This document shows, in pieces, positions 10,302-19,733 of a DNA stretch of 64,000 nt. This DNA comes from an uncultured Acidobacteriota bacterium. Its GTDB lineage: Bacteria > Acidobacteriota > Thermoanaerobaculia > Thermoanaerobaculales > Sulfomarinibacteraceae. The notes beneath the pieces are model-generated. The model saw only the letters and a list, made by a program, of their open reading frames with translations. It had not been told where the DNA came from and searched no databases. Position numbers and translations under genes: made by a program. The stretch is taken from positions 85,003 through 149,002 of the forward strand of contig CAWFFJ010000016.1 of assembly GCA_963814875.1 (NCBI GenBank), read 5' to 3'. Within the stretch, counting starts at the first letter, position 1, and every line of letters starts with the position of its first letter.

Positions 10302-10859
10302 ATGGATCCGATCGAAACGCTGTCCAACGAGCACGGCCTCATCCGCCAGTACCTCGACAACCTGGCGCTGGCCGCCACCCACCTCGAGGAGGGTCGCCGC
10401 CCGTCGCGGGCCTTCTTCGAGAAGGGCATCGACTTCGCCCGGACCTTCGCCGACCGCTTCCACCACTTCAAGGAGGAGCACGTCCTGTTCGTCCGCCTGG
10501 CACAGCGCAAGCAGGGCGAGATCGACGCCCAGCTCGAGGCCCTCCGCCATCAGCACGAGCGTGGCCGCGAGCTGATCTCCGCGGTTGCCGCCGCGCTCGA
10601 CGGCTACGAGGCGCAGGATGCCGGCCACACGGCCGCCCTGGTGGAGAACCTGGCAGCGCACATCGCCCTGCTGCGCCACCACATCCACCTTGAGGACCAC
10701 GTCTTCTACCCGATGGCGCGCAAGACCCTACGTGCCGACGAGATCTCCGAGCTCGAGGCCGAGTTCGCGCGCCAGCGCGACAAGGAGGGCGCCGAGACCT
10801 TCGAGCGCAGCCACAAGACGGTCGTCGACATGGGCTCGATCATCACCCACCTGCACTGA
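10302..10859 (+). CDS. Hemerythrin/HHE domain protein
   Basis: EH, HHFKEE, HERGR, HIHLED...FYP; AGGAG RBS upstream of ATG 10302. Confidence 0.88.
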   Translation: MDPIETLSNEHGLIRQYLDNLALAATHLEEGRRPSRAFFEKGIDFARTFADRFHHFKEEHVLFVRLAQRKQGEIDAQLEALRHQHERGRELISAVAAALDGYEAQDAGHTAALVENLAAHIALLRHHIHLEDHVFYPMARKTLRADEISELEAEFARQRDKEGAETFERSHKTVVDMGSIITHLH

Positions 10860-11018
10860 GGCGGGGAGAGTGCCGCCGTCGACCCTCCGGCCGACTGCGC
10901 GCGGCCCTCTCGCCCCCTCTGCAGAGGCGATGGCCTCCGGGCCTTCCCTCTGGCTGGAGACGCCGCGATGTCGCCGTGCTCGGCGCCGCGCTCTCCCGGC
11001 GCAGGGTAGAATCCGCGT

Positions 11019-11870
11019 GTGCCCGGCGCCACCTCGATAAAGCGCTTCGCGGTACCCACGTTCGCATTCCTGCTGCTGGCGGCGATCGCCTGGGCGGACG
11101 TCGAGCTGTGGCCGGTCGACCTGGCGACCGGCCTGCTCTACCTCATCCCCGTGGCGGTGACCGCATGGTGGGGGCCGAGGTGGTCGCCGTGGGTGGTCCT
11201 GCCGGCCTCTCTCGCAGTCCTGCACCTCGTCGACCTCGACACCACGCCGATGCTGCGACCCGCCATCGCCTACTGGAACCTGGCGATCCGCTTCGTTTTC
11301 TTCGGGACCGCCGTTGCCTTCCTGCGGCTCACCCGCACCGAGCTCTCGCGCGAGACCCGCCTCGCCGCCACCGACCCCCTCACCGGCGCGCTCAACGTAC
11401 GCCGGCTGCACGAGGAGCTCGGGCGCGAGATCGGGCGTCTCGCCCGCGGCGGCGCCGGGTTCGCTCTCGGCTACCTCGACCTCGACGACTTCAAGCAGGT
11501 CAACGACCGGCTCGGGCACCTCGCGGGCGACCGCCTGCTGCGCGAGATCGTGTCGACCCTCCGCGCCGCCGTACGACGCGCCGACCTGGTCGCCCGGGTC
11601 GGCGGCGACGAGTTCGCCCTGCTCCTGCCGGCGACGGACGAGGCCGGCGCCCGGAGCGTGCTGGAGGATCTGCGCACACGGCTACGTACGGCCCTCGCCG
11701 CCCACGACCCGCCGGTGCGTTTCTCCGCCGGGGCGGTCGTCGTGACCGACCCGGCGACCAACGCCGAGTCGGTGCTCCGCCGGGCCGACGACCTGATGTA
11801 TGCGGCCAAACGGGGCGGCAAGAACACTGTGGTGGTCGCGGCCATGGAGCCTGCCGGCGACCGCGGCTGA
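11019..11870 (+). CDS. Membrane-bound diguanylate cyclase (GGDEF)
   Basis: N-terminal TM helices; DPLTG, DLDDFKQVND, RRAD I-site, GGDEF. Confidence 0.92.
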   Translation: MPGATSIKRFAVPTFAFLLLAAIAWADVELWPVDLATGLLYLIPVAVTAWWGPRWSPWVVLPASLAVLHLVDLDTTPMLRPAIAYWNLAIRFVFFGTAVAFLRLTRTELSRETRLAATDPLTGALNVRRLHEELGREIGRLARGGAGFALGYLDLDDFKQVNDRLGHLAGDRLLREIVSTLRAAVRRADLVARVGGDEFALLLPATDEAGARSVLEDLRTRLRTALAAHDPPVRFSAGAVVVTDPATNAESVLRRADDLMYAAKRGGKNTVVVAAMEPAGDRG

Positions 11871-11923
11871 GGACGGGTCCGCGGGCCACCACGGCCCAGA
11901 GAACGGTAGCCGTGCTCACTCCA

Positions 11924-11954
11924 GAAACACAACAGCCTCCCGAGATGGGAGGCT
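11924..11954 (-). terminator. Terminator of the tRNA cluster
   Basis: AGCCTCCC-N5-GGGAGGCT stem followed on the minus strand by GTTGTGTTTC. Confidence 0.6.
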
Positions 11955-11981
11955 AAGTCGATTGATTCCGGGACGCAAGAA

Positions 11982-12058
11982 TGGTGCGCCCGGCGAGATT
12001 CGAACTCACGACCTTCAGATCCGGAGTCTGACGCTCTATCCAACTGAGCTACGGGCGC
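11982..12058 (-). tRNA. tRNA-Arg(CCG)
   Basis: Cloverleaf; anticodon arm TCAGA-CTCCGGA-TCTGA; encoded CCA. Confidence 0.96.
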
Positions 12059-12072
12059 GACACGCTAACGGG

Positions 12073-12150
12073 TGGGGTGAGCGGAGGGATTCGAACCCTC
12101 GGCCTCCAGGGCCACAACCTGGCGCTCTAACCAACTGAGCTACGCCCACC
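12073..12150 (-). tRNA. tRNA-His(GTG)
   Basis: Cloverleaf with G-1 and C73; anticodon GTG; encoded CCA. Confidence 0.96.
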
Positions 12151-12164
12151 GCAAGACAGTGCTC

Positions 12165-12241
<77 letters not shown>

Positions 12242-12456
12242 ATTCCTAGTCACGGGGCAGGTCCTGGCCCGCATGATTCATCGGGGGTCGTCGCGAGGCC
12301 GGCGAGACGGCCTGCGCGGTGGGGATTTCGAGCCGAGGAGCGCGGAGGCGTATTTGACAATACGTCGAGCACTCCGAGGTGAGAAAGCACCGCTGCGCAC
12401 GTCGTATCGCCGGTCGCAGGAGACCTCTGGTGAATCGTGCGGGCTCAGGTCGGGAG

Positions 12457-12533
<77 letters not shown>

Positions 12534-12586
12534 ACGCATCAGTCCTCTACTGGTTGCCAAAGATCCGCCGCCGCCGGCGAACGCCG

Positions 12587-12616
12587 AGTATAGTGAGCCG
12601 CCGCGCGCGAAGTCAA
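12587..12616 (-). promoter_or_regulatory. Sigma70 promoter of the tRNA cluster
   Basis: TTGACT-18 bp-TATACT on the minus strand. Confidence 0.65.
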
Positions 12617-12754
12617 GGAAACTCCCGGGGTTGGAGGCCGATCCAGCAGGCACTTCCCACCCGACCGGGAACGCCCGCCACGACGCGCCAACGGGCCGAA
12701 CCGGGGGCTCTCTCGCTCGCAGCGAACGGCGCCGCCCGGGTTCGGATCCTGCCG

Positions 12755-13528
12755 TCAGCTCCTGACAGCCGGGGCCGGTACTGGCGGCAACGCGAGGCCG
12801 ATGGCCTCGAGGCGCGGCGCGACCACCGCGCGCTGCGCGGCCATGACCTGGCGCGCGCCCTCCCAGCCCGCCGCGACCACGGCCGCGAGCGCATCCGCTG
12901 AGAACGGCTCGCCCTCGGCCGTCCCCTGGACCTCGACCAGGCGGCCGTCGCCGGTGAAGACGAGGTTGCAGTCGACGTCGCAGTCGAGGTCCTCACCGTA
13001 GTCGAGGTCGACCCGGACCTCGCCGCGCACCAACCCGACCGCAACCCCCGCGATCTGGTGGACCAGCGGCCAGTCGGTGAGCACGCCCTGCTCCCACATC
13101 CGGGCCAAGGCGAGCACCAGCGAGACCCACGCGCCCGAGATCCCCGCCGTGCGGGTCGAGCCGTCGGCCTGGAGCACATCGCAGTCGGCGAGCAGAGAGC
13201 GCTCGCCGAGCAGCTCGCGGCGCACCGCAGCGCGCAGGGCACGGCCAATCAAGCGCTGGATCTCCTGTGAGCGGCCGCTCTGGCGCCCGCGCGCCACCTC
13301 GCGCTCGCTGCGGGTGTCGGTCGCGCGAGGCAGCATCGCGTACTCGGCGGTCACCCAGCCCTCCCCGGTGCCGCGCAGGAACGGCGCGGTGCGGTCGGTG
13401 AGCGACACACTGCACAGCACGACCGTGTTGCCGGCGCGGTAGAGGACGTTGCCCTCGGGGTAGCGGATGAAGCCGGGCTCGATGGTGATCGGCCGGATCT
13501 CATGCTGCTGGCGTCCGTCAGGTCGCAT
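12755..13528 (-). CDS. rph: Ribonuclease PH
   Basis: MRPDGR, GWVTAEYAMLPRAT, EIQRLIGR, QADGSTRTA. Confidence 0.96.
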   Translation of the reverse strand: MRPDGRQQHEIRPITIEPGFIRYPEGNVLYRAGNTVVLCSVSLTDRTAPFLRGTGEGWVTAEYAMLPRATDTRSEREVARGRQSGRSQEIQRLIGRALRAAVRRELLGERSLLADCDVLQADGSTRTAGISGAWVSLVLALARMWEQGVLTDWPLVHQIAGVAVGLVRGEVRVDLDYGEDLDCDVDCNLVFTGDGRLVEVQGTAEGEPFSADALAAVVAAGWEGARQVMAAQRAVVAPRLEAIGLALPPVPAPAVRS

Positions 13529-13620
13529 CAGGCCTCCTCGTGGGCGCGCAGTATAGCGCCGCCGCGGTTGAACAGACGCTGATGGCGATCCCTGGTCGGG
13601 AGTGACGCATCATCGATCCC

Positions 13621-13920
13621 CACCACCAAGACACCAAGACACCAAGAGGACGTTCAAGGCCAGGAGCGCGCTCCCAATCACGGCTCGAAGGGGGTTCCAC
13701 CAGGGGGGCACGCGATCGGGCAGAACTCAAGCCGTACCCGGAGCACCGCCGCGCGCACGGCGCGCGGCCCTGACGGGAGAAGCGGGTGGACGAAAGAACC
13801 CCTCTCTCGTCCGCACGCTCCTCCTGTCAAGGGCGGCTGCTGGAGCCAGCCGTCGGGGCCTGCGAGACCGCTGCCTCGCGCTTGCGATTGCTTTGTGACG
13901 TCTTGGTGTCTTGGTGGTTC
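13621..13920. repeat. Element bounded by inverted CACCAAGA tandem repeats with internal long hairpin
   Basis: (CACCAAGA)x3 at 13624-13647 and inverted copies at 13901-13920. Internal stem GCCCTGACGGGAGAAGCGGGTGGACGA / TCGTCCGCACGCTCCTCCTGTCAAGGGC. Confidence 0.75.
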
Positions 13921-13924
13921 TGCC

Positions 13925-14737
13925 CTACCCGCCGGCGTCGACGTCGACCAGCTCGAGGTGCTCCGGGTCACGGCCGAGGATGGCGCGGGCGACGTTGCGG
14001 AAGTGCTCGGAGCCGTCGGTGAGCTCGACGACGACCTGACCGCTCCCCCTTCCGGCGAGCAGCCCGGCGTGGTCGGCCTCGACCGCCGCGGCGACGCTCA
14101 AGGCGGAGTCCACCAGGCGCACGCCAGGGCCGACCACACGCTCGAGCGACGGCACGAGCAGCGGGTAGTGGGTGCAGCCGAGCACGATCGCCTCGACGCC
14201 CCACTCCAGAAGCGGTGCCAGGTAGTGGGTCGCGACCGCGTCGGTCACCGGGTGGTCGCCCCAGCCCTCCTCGGCCAGCGGCACGAACAGCGGGCAGGCG
14301 GCCGCACGGACGGCGATGCCGCCGTTGCGCCGAGCGAGCTCACGCTGGTAGGACTCGGAACGGATCGTCCCTTCGGTGCCGATCACACCGACCCGGAGCG
14401 CCCCGGTGGCGAGCACCGCTCGTACCCCGGGCTCGACCACCCCGACCACGGGCACCGGGCACGCGTCCCGGACCGCTTCGAGGGCGTAGGACGACGCGGT
14501 GTTGCACGCCACGACCAGAAGCGAGATTCCCTGGCCGACCAGGTGGCGGGCAGCGTTGACCGCGTAGCGCTGGACGGTACCGGCCGACTTGGTCCCGTAC
14601 GGCAGCCGGGCGGTGTCGCCGAGGTAGAGGAAGTCCTCGCGCGGCAGCTTCTCGACCAGCGCGCGCAGCACGGTCAGGCCCCCCACCCCGGAGTCGAAGA
14701 TCCCGATTGGACCCGCACCACCTGACGTCGCGCTCAT
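13925..14737 (-). CDS. murI: Glutamate racemase
   Basis: FDSGVGG, PYGTK, ACNTAS, LGCTHYP. Confidence 0.96.
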   Translation of the reverse strand: MSATSGGAGPIGIFDSGVGGLTVLRALVEKLPREDFLYLGDTARLPYGTKSAGTVQRYAVNAARHLVGQGISLLVVACNTASSYALEAVRDACPVPVVGVVEPGVRAVLATGALRVGVIGTEGTIRSESYQRELARRNGGIAVRAAACPLFVPLAEEGWGDHPVTDAVATHYLAPLLEWGVEAIVLGCTHYPLLVPSLERVVGPGVRLVDSALSVAAAVEADHAGLLAGRGSGQVVVELTDGSEHFRNVARAILGRDPEHLELVDVDAGG

Positions 14738-15294
14738 GAGGTGCCGATGAACGCCTTGTTCAGCGCCAGCGGGCGCGACAGGTCGAGGTGCCCGGTCAGC
14801 GTCTGCACCTCGCGGCCGCCGAACAGCAGCTGGACGCCGTTGAGCTCGGGGCAGTTGAACAGCACCGAGTCGACCACGGCGTACGCGAACAGAAGCTCGG
14901 TCTGCGCTCCGCCCAGAGGCGTCGGCGGCGGGGAGAGATCGACAAACGCGTGCCCTGCCTGGTCGACGTAGACCCCGAGCAGCTCCGCCGGGTACGGGAC
15001 CGGCGACGGGCGCTGCTCCGAAGAGCCCGCAAGGAGCTCCCGGACCACCACCCGGACGCGCTCCTGGACCTCAGCCGGCAGGGGCACTGAACGCAGCTCC
15101 GGATGCAGCAGGCCGTCGTTCGCTGTGAACAGGAGGAGGATCCGCTGCTCAGGGGCCGGCGTCGGGGTCGGGGGCTCGACCGCGATCACCGCGGCGGGCG
15201 GTCTGGGAGTGCCGCCGCCACCGAGGAGCAGCCACGCCAGAAGCGCGGCGACGGCCGCCGCTGCAACGGCGATCCAGACCACGCGGCGGTTCAT
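14734..15294 (-). CDS. GerMN domain protein
   Basis: N-terminal TM anchor; AFVDLS...TLTGHLDLSRPL; located between the amidase and murI. Confidence 0.85.
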   Translation of the reverse strand: MNRRVVWIAVAAAAVAALLAWLLLGGGGTPRPPAAVIAVEPPTPTPAPEQRILLLFTANDGLLHPELRSVPLPAEVQERVRVVVRELLAGSSEQRPSPVPYPAELLGVYVDQAGHAFVDLSPPPTPLGGAQTELLFAYAVVDSVLFNCPELNGVQLLFGGREVQTLTGHLDLSRPLALNKAFIGTS

Positions 15295-16736
15295 GGCGAG
15301 CCTACGAAGTCCGCCACCCCGAGCGCGATCGCGTCGGCGATGCGCTGCTGGTAGTCAGCATCGGAGAGCAGCCGGTTCTCCTGCGGATTGGAGAGGAATC
15401 CGACCTCGACCAGCACCGCCGGCATGGTGGCGCCGGTGAGCACGACGAACGGGGCCTGCTTGACGCCGCGGTCCTTGGCGCCGAGCAGCGCGTCGAGACG
15501 CGACTGGACCGAGACCGCAAGGTGTGCGCTCTCGTTGAGCACCTCGGCCTGGGCGAGGTCCCACAGGATGAGGTCGAGCTGGGAGTGCTGCGGGCTGCCG
15601 GCCCCGGCCCGGTTCTCCAACTCGGCGGTCGCGGCGGCGGCGGCATCGGTGGACGACTGGTCGAGGCTCATGTAGTAGGTCTCGGCACCTCGTACGGCGG
15701 CGACCGTCGACGCATTCGCGTGCAGGGAGACGAACGCCCGAGCGTTGAGCCGGTTGGCCAACGCGGTGCGATCGGTGAGGGCCCGGGTCTCGTCCCCGTT
15801 GCGGGTCAGCCTTACGGTGTAGCCGCGCGCCTCGAGCGCTGCGGCCAGGCGACGAGCGAGGGCGAGCACGACGACCTTCTCGGCCGCGCCGCCCGCGGTC
15901 ACGGCGCCGGTGTCGTCGCCGCCGTGGCCGGGATCAATGACGATCGGAGCCGGGCCTTCGCTCTCGGTCCCGACGCCGACCGGTGCCGGGGTCGGCATGA
16001 CCTTCCCCAGCTCGAGGATGACTCGTGCCGGGTTGTCGAGACGATGCCAGGCGCGCAGCCCGACATCCGGCGCCAGATCGACCCGCACCTCGGAACCCTC
16101 AGCGGTGAGCGAACGCACTCGCCGCGAGCGCATCGGCCCGGGGGCCTCGACCCGAGGAGTCGCGTCGGCGAAGCGCACGACCACGGTTCCGTCGGCGTTG
16201 GTGACGACCTCGGACTCGGCGTCACGCCCGAGGGTCAGGACGAGAGTCGTGGTAGCGGCGAAGTCGGCCACGGCCGAACGGATCACGACCGGCTCGGCAA
16301 AGCGAGCGCCGACCGCGATCCGGTACCCCCACTCGGAGCGCTCCAGACGCAGCCCGAAGGCGCGCAGAACATAGCGGTCGAGGAAATCCGGCGAGGCTGC
16401 GACACCGCCCTGGGAAGCGATCGGTGCTTCGCCGGTGTCGACGAGCTTGTCATCGACCAGCACGATCTTCCGATCGGGCGCGAGCTGGACCGAATGGTCG
16501 CCAAGCACGATGCGATAGGTGCCCGCAGCGGGCGAGAACCCGGCCTCGGCGCCGATCAGCTGCAACACCGGCAGCAGCTCGACACGTCCGGCGAAGGAAG
16601 GCACGTCGACGGTTCGGCCGAGGTAGGCGAAGGTGACCGGGCCTTCCGCCGCGACCGGCGAGCCCGAGAGCACCACTGCGACGAGGATCAGAACAGTGGT
16701 CAACGCGGGCGCCAACGGCAACCGTGGTCTACGCAT
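15291..16736 (-). CDS. N-acetylmuramoyl-L-alanine amidase (Amidase_3, AmiC-like)
   Basis: IDPGHGG, SLHANAS, MPAVLVEVGFLSN. Confidence 0.92.
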   Translation of the reverse strand: MRRPRLPLAPALTTVLILVAVVLSGSPVAAEGPVTFAYLGRTVDVPSFAGRVELLPVLQLIGAEAGFSPAAGTYRIVLGDHSVQLAPDRKIVLVDDKLVDTGEAPIASQGGVAASPDFLDRYVLRAFGLRLERSEWGYRIAVGARFAEPVVIRSAVADFAATTTLVLTLGRDAESEVVTNADGTVVVRFADATPRVEAPGPMRSRRVRSLTAEGSEVRVDLAPDVGLRAWHRLDNPARVILELGKVMPTPAPVGVGTESEGPAPIVIDPGHGGDDTGAVTAGGAAEKVVVLALARRLAAALEARGYTVRLTRNGDETRALTDRTALANRLNARAFVSLHANASTVAAVRGAETYYMSLDQSSTDAAAAATAELENRAGAGSPQHSQLDLILWDLAQAEVLNESAHLAVSVQSRLDALLGAKDRGVKQAPFVVLTGATMPAVLVEVGFLSNPQENRLLSDADYQQRIADAIALGVADFVGSP

Positions 16737-16896
16737 TGCCACCGCTGCGCGTGCGCACGAGACGAACGCCCCGAGACGAGGCCGGTGGTCGGGACCGGAG
16801 GTCCCGTGTGATCGTGCCTTGCTTGCCGGACCCAGCGGTCCGCTCGCTCGTGCTCATGACGGCGCCACCTCCGCGGCAGGTCCGGAAGGCGATAGA

Positions 16897-17247
16897 TGGT
16901 GGAGGCGGTGGGAATCGAACCCACGTCCGAGGAACCCCGGCTCTAGGTGTCTCCGTGTGCAGCCTGCCGGGTAAATCTCGCCCCGTGGTCTGTCAGCAGG
17001 CACCCGCACCACGGGGCCAGCCCGTTAGATCTCGGTCACCGCTTCCGGGCGGCACGGCGACCCAGCCTGCCTGAATGACGTCGACCCCAGGCCGGCAGGC
17101 GGAACCTCGGGACCAACGTGGCTACCTAGGCAGCCAGTGCGTATTCAGCGTTGGCAGCTGTAAAGACCCACCTGTTTTACGAGGGGGTGGACCTCGACAC
17201 GCTGCCCAGAGCCGGAAACCGTTCCCCGTCGAACCCAGTACGCCCCC
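16897..17247 (-). ncRNA. ssrA: tmRNA; tag peptide (A)ANAEYALAA*
   Basis: 5' GGGGGCG pairs with 3' CGCCTCC-ACCA including G3.U; T-arm GGGTTCGATTCCC; tag reads GCC AAC GCT GAA TAC GCA CTG GCT GCC TAG. Confidence 0.95.
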
Positions 17248-17360
17248 GGATCCAACAGTCGCGCCCAGTGTAGCACCGCCCTGCCTCTGTACTCCTCCCC
17301 GATCAGAAGTTGCTCCGGTTTGACAACTTCATCATCCGCACGGCGCGAGAGCCCGAAGTT

Positions 17361-17550
17361 GAAACGCAAAGACGCCAAGACGCCAAGCCATCGCAGGGGC
17401 AGGAAGGCGGGCGCGCGGCGGGACCCCACACGGTCGACGTCGGTTCTCCGCATCCGGAGCCCACCGCTGAACGAGACCGGCCGATCCACAGAGCGCCGCC
17501 ACTTCTTGGGACCCACCACGGCCCTCTTCGTGTCTTGGTGTCTTGCTGGT
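17361..17550. repeat. Inverted octamer-repeat pair (CGCCAAGA/CACCAAGA)
   Basis: AAACGCAAAGACGCCAAGACGCCAAG on the left; TCTTCGTGTCTTGGTGTCTTGCTGGT on the right. Confidence 0.65.
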
Positions 17551-17600
17551 CAAAGGTCCTTGCGCCCGGCCCGCCACGAATCGGGAACGCTCTCGCTGGC

Positions 17601-17669
17601 CTCCTCACCTTCTTACCTCCTCACCTTCTAACCTTCTTACCTCCCCACGTCTCGCATCTTGCCTCTTGC
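17601..17669. repeat. Six CTYCTHAC-like octamers followed by three heptamers
   Basis: CTCCTCAC CTTCTTAC CTCCTCAC CTTCTAAC CTTCTTAC CTCCCCAC GTCTCGC ATCTTGC CTCTTGC. Confidence 0.75.
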
Positions 17670-17762
17670 GTCCCGCGGCGCTGGGCTGCGACCACGCTTG
17701 ACTTCGGCGTGCGCCCGTGGCACGGTTGAACTGTTCCACGCTGCACAGCACGGGAGAAAACC

Positions 17763-19322
17763 ATGCTGGCGAAAGCCTTCAGTGCAACGCCCCGCGGCGT
17801 GGGAGCCCTATTTGTTACCGTCGAGGTCGACCGCATCCGGGCCCAGCTGCCCTCGGTGACCGTGGTCGGCCTGCCCGACACTGCCGTGCGCGAGGCGCGC
17901 GAGCGCGTGATGGCAGCGATCCGACACCTCGGCCGTCCGGCCGAGCCCGCCAATATTGTCATCAACCTGGCGCCGGCCGACGAGCGCAAAGAGGGCGCCG
18001 CCCTCGACCTGCCGATTGCGGTCGGCCTGCTCGCTGCCGCCGGAGAGGTGCCGCTGACCCGGCTCGAAGGACGCCTGATGCTCGGCGAGCTGTCGCTCGA
18101 AGGCGACCTGCAGCCTGTCCGCGGGGTGCTGCCAATCACGCTCGCAGCCCGCGACGCCGGCTTCACCGAGGTGGTGGTCCCCGCAGAGAACCGTCCCGAG
18201 GCCGAGGTTGTCGCAGGTCTCACGGTGATCGCCGCCGCGACCTTGGGCGAGGTCGTGCGCTACCTTCGCGACGGCGTACCGCCGCCCGATCGTCCCGACC
18301 GCACGCAGCACACGCGACGGCACGATGCTCGCCGGACGCCCAATCTCTCGGACGTGGTCGGCCAGGAGGTCGCCCGGCGCGCTCTCGAGGTGGCGGCCGC
18401 CGGCGGCCACCACCTCCTGCTGATGGGGCCGCCAGGCAGCGGCAAGTCGATGCTCGCACGCCGACTGTCCGGAATCCTGCCGCCGCTCGACATCGATGAG
18501 GCCCTCGAGACGACCTCCGTGTACTCGGTGTCGACGCGGGTTCCCCGTCCCCGCGGGCTGGTCGCCGAGCGCCCCTTCAGGGCTCCCCACCACACCATCT
18601 CCTCCGCCGCGCTGATCGGTGGCGGCGCGGTTCCGCAGCCGGGCGAGGCCTCGCTCGCCCACCACGGAGTGCTCTTCCTCGACGAGCTCACCGAGTTTCG
18701 GCGCGACGTGCTCGAGGCCCTGCGGCAGCCGCTCGAGGACCGCACCGTCACCGTCGCCCGTGCGCACTCGTCGTTGGTCTTCCCGGCCAGCTTCCAGCTC
18801 GTTGCGGCGGCCAACCCGTGCCCGTGCGGCTACCTCGGCGACCCCCGGCGCAGCTGTACGTGCACGCCAACCCAGGTCGGCCGCTACCAGAGCCGGCTCT
18901 CGGGACCGCTGGTCGATCGCATCGACCTCCAGGTGGCGGTCGCGCCGGTGCCGTGGCGTGAGCTGACCTCCGACCGCCGCGGTGAGCCCACCGCTTCGGT
19001 CGCCGAACGCGTGCGTCGCGCTCGCGAGCGCCAACGGGAGCGACTCGCCGGCATCGGAATGCGGACCAACGCCGATCTGGGCCCCGAGGAGATCGCCCGA
19101 TTCTGCGGCCCGACTCCCGACGGACGAAGACTGCTCGAGCGCGCCACCCGCACCCTCGCCCTGTCGGCGCGGGCCTTCCACCGCATCCTCCGGGTCGCGA
19201 GGACCCTGGCCGACCTCGCCGATGCCGAGCGCGTTGACGCCGCACACATCGCTGAAGCGGTGGCCTACCGCGCGCTGGACCGCGCCACGGGAGCCGGCGG
19301 AGCGATCCGTGCTGCCGGATGA
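17763..19322 (+). CDS. comM: ComM/YifB family AAA+ ATPase (Mg-chelatase-like)
   Basis: VGLPDTAVREARERV, GPPGSGKS, PFRAPHHT, GVLFLDE, NPCPCG, SGPLVDRID. Confidence 0.93.
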   Translation: MLAKAFSATPRGVGALFVTVEVDRIRAQLPSVTVVGLPDTAVREARERVMAAIRHLGRPAEPANIVINLAPADERKEGAALDLPIAVGLLAAAGEVPLTRLEGRLMLGELSLEGDLQPVRGVLPITLAARDAGFTEVVVPAENRPEAEVVAGLTVIAAATLGEVVRYLRDGVPPPDRPDRTQHTRRHDARRTPNLSDVVGQEVARRALEVAAAGGHHLLLMGPPGSGKSMLARRLSGILPPLDIDEALETTSVYSVSTRVPRPRGLVAERPFRAPHHTISSAALIGGGAVPQPGEASLAHHGVLFLDELTEFRRDVLEALRQPLEDRTVTVARAHSSLVFPASFQLVAAANPCPCGYLGDPRRSCTCTPTQVGRYQSRLSGPLVDRIDLQVAVAPVPWRELTSDRRGEPTASVAERVRRARERQRERLAGIGMRTNADLGPEEIARFCGPTPDGRRLLERATRTLALSARAFHRILRVARTLADLADAERVDAAHIAEAVAYRALDRATGAGGAIRAAG

Positions 19323-19444
19323 GCCGCGAACGCTCGGGAGTTAATACAATGGGCCCGTGGTGGTGCACGCGACCGGAACGGAGCTTCTCCAGCGGGTGCT
19401 CGGACGTGACCTGCGGCAGCCGCTATGGCTGACGCGCGAGGAGG
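19163..19444 (+). repeat. 282-bp direct repeat, copy 1 (comM 3' end, promoter and first 29 codons of the next gene)
   Basis: Matches 22754-23035 with two substitutions seen by eye. Confidence 0.95.
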
Positions 19445-19733
19445 AAGGGAGCCGCCCGCGTCAGAACCTGGACACCGATCGCCACACCGCTGCCCTCGCC
19501 CGGTAGTGAGGGCGATCCAGAGTCCCGGGACGTGCGCGCGCCGTCCCAGGCCGCTCGAGGAATCGGCGGCAACCAACGCATCCCCTGCGCGAGAAGACCA
19601 AGGAAGACCAGTGATCAAAATCACGTTAGGCAGAAGTTCTACTTAGGATTGTAATTCAGATCACCACTCTCTCACCCTTCAACGCATAGTTTCAGCAGGG
19701 AGTGTATAGATCGAACGACTAGGGAGGTGTCTC

